64,000 nucleotides of DNA, taken from NCBI RefSeq assembly GCF_009914755.1, contig NC_060946.1. The stretch is one strand, 5' to 3'. The position numbers and the translations under genes were made by a program. This DNA is from the human T2T-CHM13v2.0 reference genome, Homo sapiens. The number at the start of each line of letters is the position of its first letter. The stretch's first letter is position 1. The notes under the pieces are model-generated. The model saw only the letters and a list, made by a program, of their open reading frames with translations, ran no database searches and was not told where the DNA came from. Shown one piece after another: positions 25,429 to 49,266 of this stretch.

Positions 25429-26474
25429 GTAATGGTGATTTTTATATGGGAGGATGAGCACAAGTACACTCAGATGCGACTATACCATGAGTGTAAAATT
25501 GTGGATTTTACTACAGTAAAAATTTTAGTGTAATTTCATCATTTCCCAACTTTCAGTATTTGAATTTAAGGGAAAATTTGTCTAGAAATCTTGAAATTTA
25601 AGAAATACATTCTTTTGGCATCTCTTTGAATTTTGGACCTCACATTTAATGATGACATGCTAATGCTCACATGATATGGTTTTTCATTATTATGCTTATT
25701 GTAATTCTGCAGTTAGCATTTTATTTATATATCATAGTTGGATGTATTTTATAATATATTAAGTTCTAAAGCACCATTACTTTTTAAAAAATCTGAAGTG
25801 CAGATTTGGCTTCCCCATTAGTCTTAGTTTCCTCATTTTCCTTCCTTTTGCCTGCAGGGACAATGTCCAAAGTACACATTAGTGTGACTTAGGAATTGGG
25901 TAATATGTTTTATATATAAGTGTTTTATTTACATTATATTTCCTGTAGTTTCAAAGTAATCTTTAGGATTACCCTCAACTGTTATATGCCAAAATCAGAT
26001 GAAGTGACTGAAGAAGAGGAGTTTGTATTTTAAAAACAAAGCTGTCTGGGAAGGGCAGAACTTAGTGGCAGCCAGTCACTGAGGTGTGTGGAGTAGATGA
26101 GGAGGTCTGGAATGGATAGCAGGGTACAAAGTCACTCAGTGAAGATGCTTGCTGGGTGTTGAATAAGGTTAGAGAAGCTAGGCACACCTGCCAACTCTCT
26201 TTATCCTTAGGAGGCTCTTGAGAAATGTCCTTTTTCTCGTGAGTGATTTCATTTCTGAAGTCTTTGTTTTATGGCGGAGCTGCATTCTGACTCCCAGGCT
26301 GGCTGACATCTTCATTTCTCCCAGGCTTAAGAGCGAAGGGAAAGACAGAAAGTCTGAGAAGGGCAGAGAAGAGGGAGGTCAGAGGGTTTGTTCTGTAAAT
26401 ACCTTGCTGCTTATCCAGGTAATTGGGATCTCACTTGCCTGTGTATAGTTTGTTGGCAGGATCCCAGGAGAGTC

Positions 26475-26817
<343 letters not shown>

Positions 26818-27004
26818 TAAAGACTTCTTCTAGAACAAGTGTGACTACAATTCAGAATCTTCATCTCCCCTAAAGAAAGAGTGTTCCAGAGGTGAGGAGG
26901 GACGGGTGACAGAAACTGGTAGCTGAAGAGGTTTGTTGATGGATTAGTCTATTTATTCATAATGCTTGATATCAGAAGACCAGAAGAATATTTTTGCAAC
27001 TTAT

Positions 27005-32330
<5,326 letters not shown>

Positions 32331-32974
32331 ACTTCTTTATCTTTTAATACAATAGGGGTGAAATATGAAATGATTCATTTCCCTTCCCCAGATTCTTAGC
32401 ATGAGTCTGGAAATCCTGCCAGCTCTTTCTTCTAGCTGAAGAGCTGTCTCCTGATTGCAGTGACAGCTTTGAACTGGAAGACATTATTTCATTAGTGCAC
32501 TAATCAACCACAGAGATTACCTGATTGGCTGCTTAATAATTACATGAAGTTGCTTGTAATTCTTTGAGCATACACAGAACTAATTAAATTAACCCTTTAC
32601 TGCCTGGCATGCCTGGGGTATTCTCGTGCGAAAATGGAGGAACCTAAAATCCTTCTTGAACACTGGTGAGGTAAACAAGCAGATGTGTCAGTGAGTTTCA
32701 AAGGGAAGCACCTTGTATAAGAAGCATTTAAGTACAAATCAAAAAATGCAGATTCAGAAACTACCAGTCCTTTGATAACTTGAGTATTAGCTTATTAGCC
32801 GTGTTCTTGAAGTTTAATGGGAAGCTTTTATACCAATACTTTCTTTGGATAGAAACTTAAGATAAACTCTTTTCATAGCCACTTACTGACTTTGAGGAGT
32901 TTGTTGTTGTTTTAAGGATCATTCAGTGTAAAATCATTTCCTTAGTTATTTCAGTATAAGCTTGCATCATCCTA

Positions 32975-33333
<359 letters not shown>

Positions 33334-33414
33334 TTAGAGGGCCTTATTTTAGCCTCAGGTTTTAGGTGGATGATTAAGGAAATTAAGATAGGAGAAGTTA
33401 GGCACCCTGTCTAA

Positions 33415-33628
33415 CAGTGGTTCTCAACGGGGTGATTTGCCCTCTTAGAGGACTTTGGCGGTGTCTGGAGACAGTTTTGGTTGCCACAACTCAGGGGAAG
33501 AGGGGTGTGGGTAGAGGTCAGGAATATTGTCAAATAGCCTACAGTGCGTAAGACAGCTCTTGAGAACAACAGCAAACATCATCTAGTCCAAAATGTCAGT
33601 ACTGCTGAGATTGAGAAACGCTGGTCTG
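33415..33628. mobile_element. MER20-like hAT element
   Basis: CAGTGGTTCTCAAC..GTCTGGAGACA.TTTTGGTTG.CACAACT..TTGAGAAACGCTG. Confidence 0.8.
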
Positions 33629-34771
33629 AAGCCAGCTTATCTTGAGTTTTCATTAGAACATGGGTGTCCGAAACTGTACCTTTGGTGACTAATAATCTTG
33701 TCATCAGTTGTTGGTGATCCCCTCTAAATTATTATTTTTATTTTTTCAAGTTCATTTGTTAAACTGAAGCAAAATTTACATAACGTAAAATTAACTATTA
33801 ACCATTTTAAAGTGTATGATTCAGTCACATTTAGTGAATTCAATATGTTGTGCAGCTGTCGTTTCTATCTAGTTCCAAGACGTTTTTATCACCTCAAAAG
33901 GAGAGACCCTGTACCCCCCTCAGCCCCCTCACCCCCCAGCCCCTGGCAATCACTCGTCTGCTTTCTGTCTGTGGATTCTAAATTATTTTTATATTTGCTT
34001 TTTTGTGGTGCTCTGGAAAGAACCCTGGTCAGGAAGTCAGGAGAGTGGACTTCACATCCCAACGTCTCCATTCTTCCTCTTGCTAGCTGTGTGATTTGGG
34101 CAAGTCATTCATCTGTTGTATGCCTCAGTTTCCTTTTCATTTATGTGGCAGCTGTCATGGTAGCCAGAATGCCATTTTTTTCTAAGTAAGATCTTTAAAG
34201 TCTGAAATTCTAGCCCACATGTTGTTTGCTCAGCATTTTTGTTGGACATCCGTAACAACATTTTTAATCCTACACTGATTGCTTTCTCACCCAAGATGTT
34301 TCCGAAACACCATTCCAGGTCCTGCATTAGTGTCCTGGGATTGGTGTGCTTGGAATGAGAAGTTAATGCTACTATCAGTTCACATAAAAGGTTAGCGAGG
34401 TAAAGATGCCACCAACATGTTAGTTCATCCCATAGCTAAACATGAATATATTTTGGGTTACCTGATTTAGCACCTACCTTGTATTACCTTGTATTCATGA
34501 AACAAAAGCAAGCATAGTATCTTTCTCTCTTCCCATTGTTGCATAAAGCCCTCCAGTGGCTTTCTCTTGCATTTAGAATAGTCTAAGTCCCTTACCATTG
34601 CTTAGTGGGGCCCACGAAACTTTCTGCATCTTCTACCTTCCTTACCTCGTACCATTCTCTCCTAGCTTTAGCTGTATCAGCTTTCTTTTCTTTTCATAAA
34701 GGCTCTGAACTCCATAGGGCCTTTGCACCTGCTCATGGTTTCCAGCTTTCAGCTCAGATTCATCTCAATGA

Positions 34772-35249
<478 letters not shown>

Positions 35250-35647
35250 TAATTTTAAGTAAGTTTTATAAAGAGAGTAACACAATGAATTCCTGTCAGT
35301 GTCAGTGATTATTAATATTTTGTGTTCATGATCACCCAGTGAAAAGTATATCCTCGCCTCTCTTCCCAACCCAGTCAATCTCTGTCATATAACTCTTTTC
35401 TGTTTTCTTCTTCTGGGGTGACCTTTTTGGTTTACTTTAGTCTGTTTTCTCCCTAAGAATGTGAGTTATATCAGAGCAGGGATCTTCTCTATCCTATGCA
35501 TTCTTGTATTTACAGTACCTAGAATTGTCCTATACATAGTAGATGTACTCAATAAATATTTACTGAGTGAGTGAATGAATGAAATAAAATTTCCAAAAGC
35601 AGGGACTGTGTTTTATCCATATTTGTGTTCTGAACTGTGTCTAGTAA

Positions 35648-36464
<817 letters not shown>

Positions 36465-39243
36465 AAAACAAGCTTTAATTGAATAGAAATGTTTTTCCTT
36501 GCCAGATTCACTTGGTGGTTGTCTCTGCCTAGGTAATTTATAACACATTCTAGAAGCCCACATTTGTCTTTCTTTTCTCTGATTCATTGTTTCTAGAGCT
36601 ACAGAAGGTAAAAGCTGGAAAGGATGTTAGAGATAATTTAGGTTTAACTCATAGTTTTACAGATGAGGATGTTGCCCAAGGTCATATAATAGGTAGTGAG
36701 TTGAATTGGGATTAGAACCGGTAGAGCCAAGCCTAGCAGTTAATAGGAAGCCCAAGACTTAATCATTTTCTCATTGTTTCATATTTACGAGTTCTGTTTT
36801 ATCAGTTGGATTCTAAAGTTCTTTGTCATGACTGGCCGTGTATTATATTATGCTCTTTTAGTACTTTGCATGGCCTTTAGCGTTAGGCACAGGGTAATGT
36901 TTTTGGATTGAGAGAGTCATGTGAAGGCATTGCTTTAGTTGAAAATAATTTAATTTCATATATTTCTACCTGCCTTATGGGAAGAGACACCTGGAGGGCA
37001 AATCTTGATTACTTGTACAATGGGTATGTAAAAAGAATTGGGAATGGGACAGATGAGATGGAGAAAATTAACAGAAGGCTGCAGATGGTGGCTTAGCACT
37101 TTGGAACGAGTCCATCAGTTCCTGCTGTCCAATCCAGTGTGAAAGATCCATCTGGGCCTCCCTTGAGTGCAAGAATGTGATGTAATGGGCCTGGGATGTG
37201 CAAGCTGGGTTTCACTGAAAGTAATTATCGGGCTGGGTCGGATAGATTTGGCAATGTTAGATATAAGATACAAGATGGGAAGAACTCAAGACTTGGGTTA
37301 GGCAGATCCTTAATATAGGACCTATCTTCCCATTTATCTGGTAAAATCCAGACCCTTGGCACCTTGGTCCTTGTTTTTGTTTTTTATTAAAATATCTTAC
37401 ATAAATCTCAGAATTTAAAACAGCACCTTTCTCTTTCAAAAAAATTATTGTAAACATTTTAGGAAATTGAGAGAAGCAAAAAGAAAATAATTATAATTAC
37501 TTCGAGCCTATATAGGTCTACCTATGTATATATACAGATACATGTAAAATGTATCATATGATATATATTTTTATGGCTTTTTAAAGGTAATATATAATAA
37601 ATGTTTTTCATGTTAATATGTAGATCTGATGTCACTGTAATTCAGATATGGCCATGCTGTCACTTATGCCCTGTTGTCGGACGTCAAGGTTTTTTCCAAT
37701 CTTAAATGGACTAACAGTGCTAAGATGACATCTCTGTGTAAGTGTATACATGACTCTTTCCTTAGGATGTAACTTTATAGTGGAGTGTGTAATCTCAAAG
37801 TCACGTACTGGTAAATTTCTAAAATATTCTAATGGCGAGTATTCTCTAATATCATGGCTAATATTCTCAAAACTTGCCTTATTTCTTCTGCATGTCAAAT
37901 AAACAATGATCCTTAGCTGTGGCTGCAGTTCTGTTTACTATAACTAGAAAAGACTGGGGAAGGGTCATTTCTATTTGTTGAGTCTGGTTCGCAAAATACA
38001 GTAATAGAAGTTGTCACCATTGATAATGTGATTCAGTCCAGTTGGTAAAGTCATTCTGCTGCTTACAGTTGCGCGTCATTTTCAGTTTCTAGCTCTTCTT
38101 TCCTTGTTCATTCCCCGCCCCACCCCCACACTCTTCACTACTTTGTGTGCCCAAAGCATGCCTGGATTTGGCTTGGCTCCCATTCTTAGGGCTAAAGAGG
38201 CCTTTGGCTCCCAGCTCCTAATTCGATAGCATTTGCTGATTTTCACATTCTGGGGAGACATAAGGGCTGTCTCCGCCCTCCTACCTTCACCAGAGGTAAG
38301 TGATGGAAGGGTATTGCTATGGGATCAGAGACAAGGTGGAGAACCCTCTTTCCAGAGGCTCTTGCTAAAGGAAAATTAGGACTTCGGAGGCTGAGGAAAC
38401 TGTCCCTCAGCCTGCCTGGAAAGCTCTTTGAAGCCATTCTTGAGTCTCCATCCGCCTTGTATTGTGTCTTTGTGTGGAGACAGGTGGCGGGCGGCCTTCT
38501 GGGTGAGGGGGATGGAACCATGACCACCTTTGGCAGGCATCGTGCAGAGCCGCCCCTTTCCTTTCTCGTGGCAGTGCGGGTGCGGCCAGTCTGTGTATCT
38601 GTGCCTCCACATTCTGTTCTTTGAAGACGATGCTGCTTTTTTTGCGGCTAGGCTGCAGTCGGACTTCTGATTAGACGTTGTTAAGTTTTCCTCAGGAGAT
38701 GCCTGACATCCTCTTTAAAACTGGTCTGAGGTTGAGAGTGCCTGGCCCTGTCCTCCACCCTCTCTTGGGGCGCACATGCCTTTCTTTGGCCTTGTTGGGA
38801 ATACTCCTTTTGCAGAGCCTTTTGTCTTCCTGGAGTCAGTGGTGAGGCTGGTGATGGATGAGGGTTATCTGATGGGGAATGGACCTCCCATAAGGGAAGT
38901 AGTATCAGAAAAGTATTCTTGTGAGGAAAACACAGAGGAGAACAAAGAGAGCAGGTTGATGGTTCTAACCTTGGAGAGTGTGGAGGAAAACAGGGCACTG
39001 ACAGCAGCAGAGGGCATGACATACTCCTTTGCAGGATTTCTTCGTTTCCAAGCAAATACCCTGTAAGATCTGCAGTCTGTTTTGGTTGCTTTTAATTGTT
39101 TTGAGGCACGTTCTTAATGTATTGCTGTGTCTTGGCCGTGATTACCTCACTTCCTTAAGCTCACTATTCTGCAGCTGCCTGGCTTGTGGACTCCATTAAC
39201 ATTGTTCAGACCTGGGGATCTTAGCAGCAGGGAAAATAGGTAG

Positions 39244-40006
<763 letters not shown>

Positions 40007-40167
40007 TCACTCTAGATCCCTAGGAGACAGATTCTCAGTGTTGACAGAGTTTTGAAGTGTATTGCAGGTACTTTATTACTGATTGTGAATTCCCTAAGTT
40101 GGCAAATTATATACCTAAAAAGTTAGAGTAGATTTAAAGTTATTTTTGTAATTTTCTCACTCAGTTT

Positions 40168-40466
40168 CTTTTTTCTTTTTTTTTTTTTTAGAACGAAACC
40201 CATTTATTATATCAGTTTTCTTTTTTTTTTCCTGATTTTTTTTTATTATTATACTTTAAGTTCTAGGGTACATGTGCACAACGTGCAGGTTTGTTACATA
40301 TGTATACATGTGCCATGTTGGTGTGCTGCACCCATTAACTTGTCATTTACATTAGGTATGTCTCCTAATGGTATCCCTCCCCCTCCCCCCACCCCACGAC
40401 TGGCCCTGGTGTGTGATGTTCCCTTTCCTGTGTCCAAGTGTTCTCATTGTTCATTTCCCACCTGTG
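40168..40466 (-). mobile_element. Short 5'-truncated L1PA with a double A tail (candidate 3' transduction)
   Basis: L1PA 3' end about 40245-40466; T tract 40236-40244; non-L1 spacer containing minus-strand AATAAA; second T tract 40169-40189; CTCACTCA on both flanks (40156, 40467). Confidence 0.85.
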
Positions 40467-40927
40467 CTCACTCACATTTTCACATGCTCTCTAGGACGGG
40501 AGAAAAATGGTTGGGGTGAGGCGTTAGGGGCAGTGGGAGTGGATTATAGCTAGTACCCCCCAGAGCCTGTGTGTGATTTATCTTGAGCCTTTCTTAGTGG
40601 TGTACCTGTTTGGGGGCATGCTTACATGTTTAAGGCATCTGTTGGTCTCCAGTGATTAATTTCTGAGGTGTGGTTTTTAAAGTGAGAATCAATTTTAGAC
40701 AGTGTAAAATATATGATATACATGTTTACTAAATTGTCTCTTACTTGGGGCATAAGAGTATGTGTAAGATGAATGGTTAATTCACTTAGAAGCCATTCGT
40801 GTTGGTGCCTTCAGTGCCTAGCGGTGGGCACTATAAAGTCATTACATGAGTGAATATGAACCTTACCTGTTAACAGACATATGGCTTGTAGTCTCAGTTA
40901 TTGACTTTTCTTTATTTTTTCAGCTGA

Positions 40928-41356
<429 letters not shown>

Positions 41357-42237
41357 TAGGGAAGCCTCCGACAGGAAAACCTGGGCCTGGGTGGATCAGG
41401 ACTTATACTTACTTTTGCCTTAGGCTATCTTCGTGAAATGGAAGGTTTGTGTTTTTAAGTGGGTCAGAAATTGGAACTTTAAAATGTTGGTTTCAGCAAT
41501 TTTGGTTTATCTGTTCTTTACTTTCATCTACAAATAATTTGAAACTTTTATCTCTCTGTTGTTTGTTCATCATCCCATCAATCCGTCGGTCCATTGTGTA
41601 GCATCCACTGCAACACACCTTTCTCTTAGATTTAATTTTTTGTTCACTGGAGATTTGAGGGCTCATCACCAAATCCAGAGGTCCAGGTTTCCCAGTACAC
41701 TCACGATTTCTGGGAAGAAACTGTTTTTAGGATTGCCATTAATGTTTCCAGGCCCTTCCCATTTTTGTGTTGGATTAAAATGGTGACAACATGAAGCCTG
41801 CAGTCAATGTGAAGGGAGTTGGGTGCCTTTCTTAGTGAGATACCTTAAAGGGAACCTTTGAATATGGCTCTCTAAATAGTGACAGATCTCTTATAAAATA
41901 TGTTCGCATATATAGAGTTCAAAGGTAAGCTAGAGACATGAAGAAAGGAGCAGTGATTTATATTTATCACTTCCTTAAAATGATTACTAATATGGAATTT
42001 GGAATTTCTTTTTGCTTTGTGAGTCAAGAAGATGGAATATATATATGTTTAGTTTTTTTCTATACCTTTATTGTCACTGACCTTTTTTTGTATTTGTTTC
42101 CTTTGCCCTCAGATATTGACAAATTGCATCCTCCTCATTAATGCTCTGAATGATAAAATGGGCAAAACCAAATAGGGTATGTTGGTTAGGATTTTGGTCC
42201 CACAATCTAGGCTATAGGAGTTCAAATCTTGATCATA

Positions 42238-42519
42238 CTATTATTATTATATTGTTATTTTGAGACAGAGTCTTGCTCTGGTCGCCCAGACTGGAGTACA
42301 GTGGCACTGTCTTGGGTTCAAGCAATTCCCATGCCTCAGCCTCCCTAGTAGCCGGGATTACAGGCACGTGCCATCATGCCCAGCTAATTTTTGTATTTTT
42401 AGTAGAGACACGGTTTCATGATGTTGGCCGAGCTGGTCTGGAACTGCTGGCCTCAAGTGATCTGCCTGCCTCAGTCTCCCAAAGTGCTGGGATTACAGGT
42501 GCGACCCACCACGCCTGGC
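42238..42519 (-). mobile_element. Alu with small internal deletion
   Basis: TSD TTGATCATACTATTAT. Confidence 0.88.
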
Positions 42520-43207
42520 ATTGATCATACTATTATAGATGGATCATGGTTCTTCCAATTTGGAACCTTAGATTGTGTCAGTAGCTTTACTTTTTCTCTT
42601 TCTAAATAAATAAAGCACCATTGGATACCAAATGTGCACATTTATGATTATTTCCATATAGTAACTCCTTAAAAGTGTCACAGTATGAATCTTTTTAAAG
42701 TCTCTTGATACGTATATCACATCAACATTGTCAGATTCTTTTTTTTTTTTTTTTACGACAAAGGGACTTTAAAAAAAATCTAAGAATTTAACTTTATCAC
42801 ATACAGTGGTAGATGTTTTACCCTCGTTAATTCTTGAAGAAACTTATTTTTTGATTGCCTTTACTCCATGCGTTTCAGAAGTTTCTGTTGTAGGCATTTG
42901 AATAGAAATGGCATTTAGATAAATTTAAATGTAGGCCTACCAACAACCATTGAGTGGCACTATCTTTATAACAACTTAAAAAGCTGTACTTAGTGAAACT
43001 AATATTAATCACTGTCAAGTTTTGACAAGTCTTGTAAAAAGGGAGAAAAAATAATTAGGTTAAAGGTGTTATTGCTACGATTTCTGCTTAGGATGAAAAG
43101 TAAAATTGTGGCTCTCTGGAATTTACTTGGAAGCAGATCTTCTGGATAGCTGAGATTTCCATATAATGGAGTTTACTACAGTTTACTACTTGTGGCCTGA
43201 AAAAAAA

Positions 43208-43787
<580 letters not shown>

Positions 43788-44351
43788 TGACAGCTGTATA
43801 CAAGTGTATAACCACCACCCCCCAAAAAATATAAATCATTTTCATTCCCCAAGAAAGTTCTCTCATGCTGCGTGCAGTCAAATCTGCCCCACCACACATA
43901 CCCTGCCCCAGGCAATGGCTGATCTGATTTCTCTCACTACAGATAAATTTGTCTGTCCTGGAAAATAAGTGCAATCATAACATATGCCGTTTTACTTGTC
44001 CTTCCCAGGCTAATGTATGGGATATACTTTTATCTAGTCCCAGTAATTGTGCATCCTCAAGCCTATGTGTTACTGCACTGCGCTGTAGCTTAGTGGTTCA
44101 TTTTCGTTCTGTTGAGCTGTGTCTGTCTTTGCGCGGAACTGTAGTAGCCCCACAGGTACTGGGAGAGGGAGGTTTCTATTGCACCTCTTGTCAGAAACCA
44201 ACTCCCTTTTACTTGTATCCGTTCACATACTTTCCTAATAGTTTTCTGTTTCTGTTATAATTAGCTGTGAGCTGTGCAATCATGTAACTAACTTTGTTTA
44301 AGTATTGTTTAGTCTTTCTGGTCTCCAGATGAGCTATATAAAAATGAGGTT

Positions 44352-46405
44352 AGGTCAGTCTCGCTGTGTGCCAGACACTCGCGAGGGGCAGCTCCTCTAG
44401 TGCCCGGCGTCAGACATGGCGGAGGCGATGGATTTGGGCAAAGACCCCAATGGACCCATCCATTCCTCGACTCTGTTGGAGAGAGGGAGGACGGGAGAGG
44501 GAGGACAGCAGCTCTGTGTTCTTCCACGTGGGGCCCAGCCCGGCCGAGCTCATCCTGCAGGGTGACCGCACTGTCAGGTCCAGGAGCCCGGGAGGCGCGG
44601 GCCGAAGCCCTGGGCCACTTCATTTCCACAGGTACATCCTGGACTGGTGGAGCCAGCGAGAGGCTGGAGCTGGAGCCTATCGGCTGGGCCCCGCCTCGCC
44701 TCAGGGGACACTGCTCGGAGACAAAGCCCGGGGCCCTGGCCAAGGGCACCGCGGAGGCGCCTTCCCAGACGCGGATGACGTGGCTGTCCTGACTGACGGG
44801 AAGGAAAATGGCTGCTCGCCCAGCTCCATCACCAGCAGCGGCTTGTGGACAACTCGCCCACGCATCCCTGGTGGCGGTCCCTGAAGCCCCCGCGGGGTCA
44901 GGAGCACGAGCACTTGCCAGGGGACGCCTGGGGCGCCCCTCCTCCCAGAAGCTCCCGCGGAAGACTGGAGCAGGCCACCTGGCTGCGGATAATGGGAACC
45001 ACAGAGTGAGAGAACTCCACATCGGCCTGAAGGAAGAGCATGTGAAGGTAGAAATCCAGGAGAGTGAAGAAGCACTGTAAAAGATGCTTGCAGAAGCCAC
45101 CTGGGGATTGGAGGAGGTTGTGGTGGATGAGAGCCCTGATTTGGAAATACATTTAACAATGTGTGATGAGGATCCCCCACGCCTGAGGAAGACTCAGAAA
45201 CAGAGCCTCATCAGGAAGAGGAAGAGGAGGAAGAAGAAGAAGAAGAAGAGGAAGAGGAAGAGGAAGAGGAGGAGGAGGAGGAGGAAGAAAAGAAGAAGAA
45301 GAAGAAACAGTTTCTCCACTGGAGGTGGGAGCTGCCATTATGATGATTCCGCAGTTAATGGAGAAGTTTAACTTGGATCTATCAACAGTTACACAGGCCT
45401 TCCTAAAAAATAGTGGCGAGCTGGAGCTAGAGAGCTGATGGATAAATTTGGTCCCAACAAGATGACATAGGTTTGTAAAAAGATGATGGGGATAACAGAG
45501 AGGCATTGGTCAAAAAATTTGGTGCTCAGAATATAGCTCAGAGGATTAGAGGATTGAGTTTCGAAAGAAATAATTGGCAAGATAATGAGAAAAGAAAAAA
45601 GTCATGGCAGATGAGGTGGTTAAAAAAAATTGTGACCATTTAACTTTAGAGAGTTCTTGCATTGGAACTGGCACTTATCTTCTGACCATTGCTGCTGTTG
45701 CTCTGTGAGTCCTAGATTTTGTAGCCAAGCAGAGTTGTAGAGGGGAGGATAAAAAGAAAACAAATTGGATGTATTTACAGCTGTCCTTGAACAAGTTTCA
45801 ATACTTACGAAAGGAAGATTTAAACCAGAGGGGGGTTGGTCTACATAGTAGTAATCCTTTGTTGGAATGGAACCCTTGCTATATTAGTGACAAAGTCAAA
45901 GGAAATTTAGGAGGCATAGGCCATTTCAGGCAGCATAAGTAATCTCCTATCCTTTGGCAGAAGCTCCTTTAGATTGCGATGGATTCCAAATAAAGAATTT
46001 AGAAATATGGGAAGATTTAATTATGAGGCCTTGAACACGGATTATCCCCAGACCCTTGTCATTTCTCTCAGTGAGCTCTGAGTTCTAGACTGCTTTGAAA
46101 ATGCCATATTCATTTTGCTAACTTAGTATTTGGGGACCCTGTTCCTTGGCTGTTCTTTTCTTGGAACCCTTCTCAGTCAAGCCTGTAGGGTATCTTTCTT
46201 TACCCACCACTCATTCAATTTTGTTTAAAACATGCACGCAACCCTAAGGAGTCTCAAGAATAAGCTTACTTGGTTAGTGTGTTATTTATTGAGCATAGCT
46301 TGTCCCAACCACTGTGTTAGATTATAAAAATTAGTGGATTGAGTCCACTTTGTTGTGTTGTTTTCATTATTGAAAATAAATATAACTTTGTATTTGAAAA
46401 AAAAA
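44352..46405 (+). pseudogene. TERF2IPP1: Processed pseudogene of TERF2IP (RAP1, shelterin subunit)
   Basis: ATG at 44416 reads MAEAMDLGKDPNGP(I)HSSTL, the RAP1 N-terminus. Later frames give RLELE, DADDVA, PSSQKL, EEVVVDESPD, acidic tract, QLMEKFNLDLSTVTQAFLKNSGELE and FRKK-TAA (45571-45573). No introns; long 3'UTR; AATAAA 46375-46380; short A tail; TSD AAAAATGAGGTT at 44340-44351 and 46401-46412; many frameshifts and deletions. Symbol is from recall. Confidence 0.95.
45213..45307 (+). repeat. Expanded (GAA/GAG)n polypurine tract within the RAP1 retrocopy
   Basis: About 95 nt of pure purine, about 30 Glu-type codons with one 2-nt phase break. Confidence 0.93.
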
Positions 46406-46918
46406 TGAGGTTGTGTTATGGCATGATAAAACAGTAAAGTTGTACCTCAGCATTTTGATGTAGGGATTTTCTGCTTATCTTATTTATACTTTTATCACTT
46501 TAATGTTTATCCGTATGCATTTATCACTTATTATCTTAAATAAACTCTTAATTTCTCGAAAAGTTTTAGATTTGCAGCAAAAGTGGAGAGGAAGGTACAG
46601 AGATTACATAACTTATATCACCCCTGTCCCTCACCCACATTGAGAGGTATTATGAGGACCTCGTAATAACTATAGTCCTAATTCTTCCTCCCATCCCTGT
46701 ATCGTTGCTGTCCGTCATTTTACTTAGAGACATGTATAAGTACACATCAATGTATATAATAGAATACATTGTTGCCATTCCTATTTTGAACACACCCATT
46801 AGCTAAGAATTTTTTTTTTAAGTTTTTATTTTAGCCTCATTCATTCTCCAGTGCTGTTTCTTTATGTGGATCGGAGTTTTTGACCTGTATCATTTCCATT
46901 CTCTCAAGATTTTTTCTT

Positions 46919-49266
<2,348 letters not shown>

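Noticed and set aside
38243-39066. Overlapping 67-124 aa ORFs in unique DNA
   Set aside because: No homology I recognise and no coherent exon structure; expected by chance at this GC content.
44309-45100. 263-aa minus-strand ORF, the longest in the window, plus overlapping 130-172 aa ORFs
   Set aside because: Shadow frames of the GC-rich RAP1 retrocopy; stop-poor by composition and with no recognisable domain.
44416-45573. Functional TERF2IP retrogene
   Set aside because: Multiple frameshifts, deletions in the BRCT and Myb regions, and premature stops.
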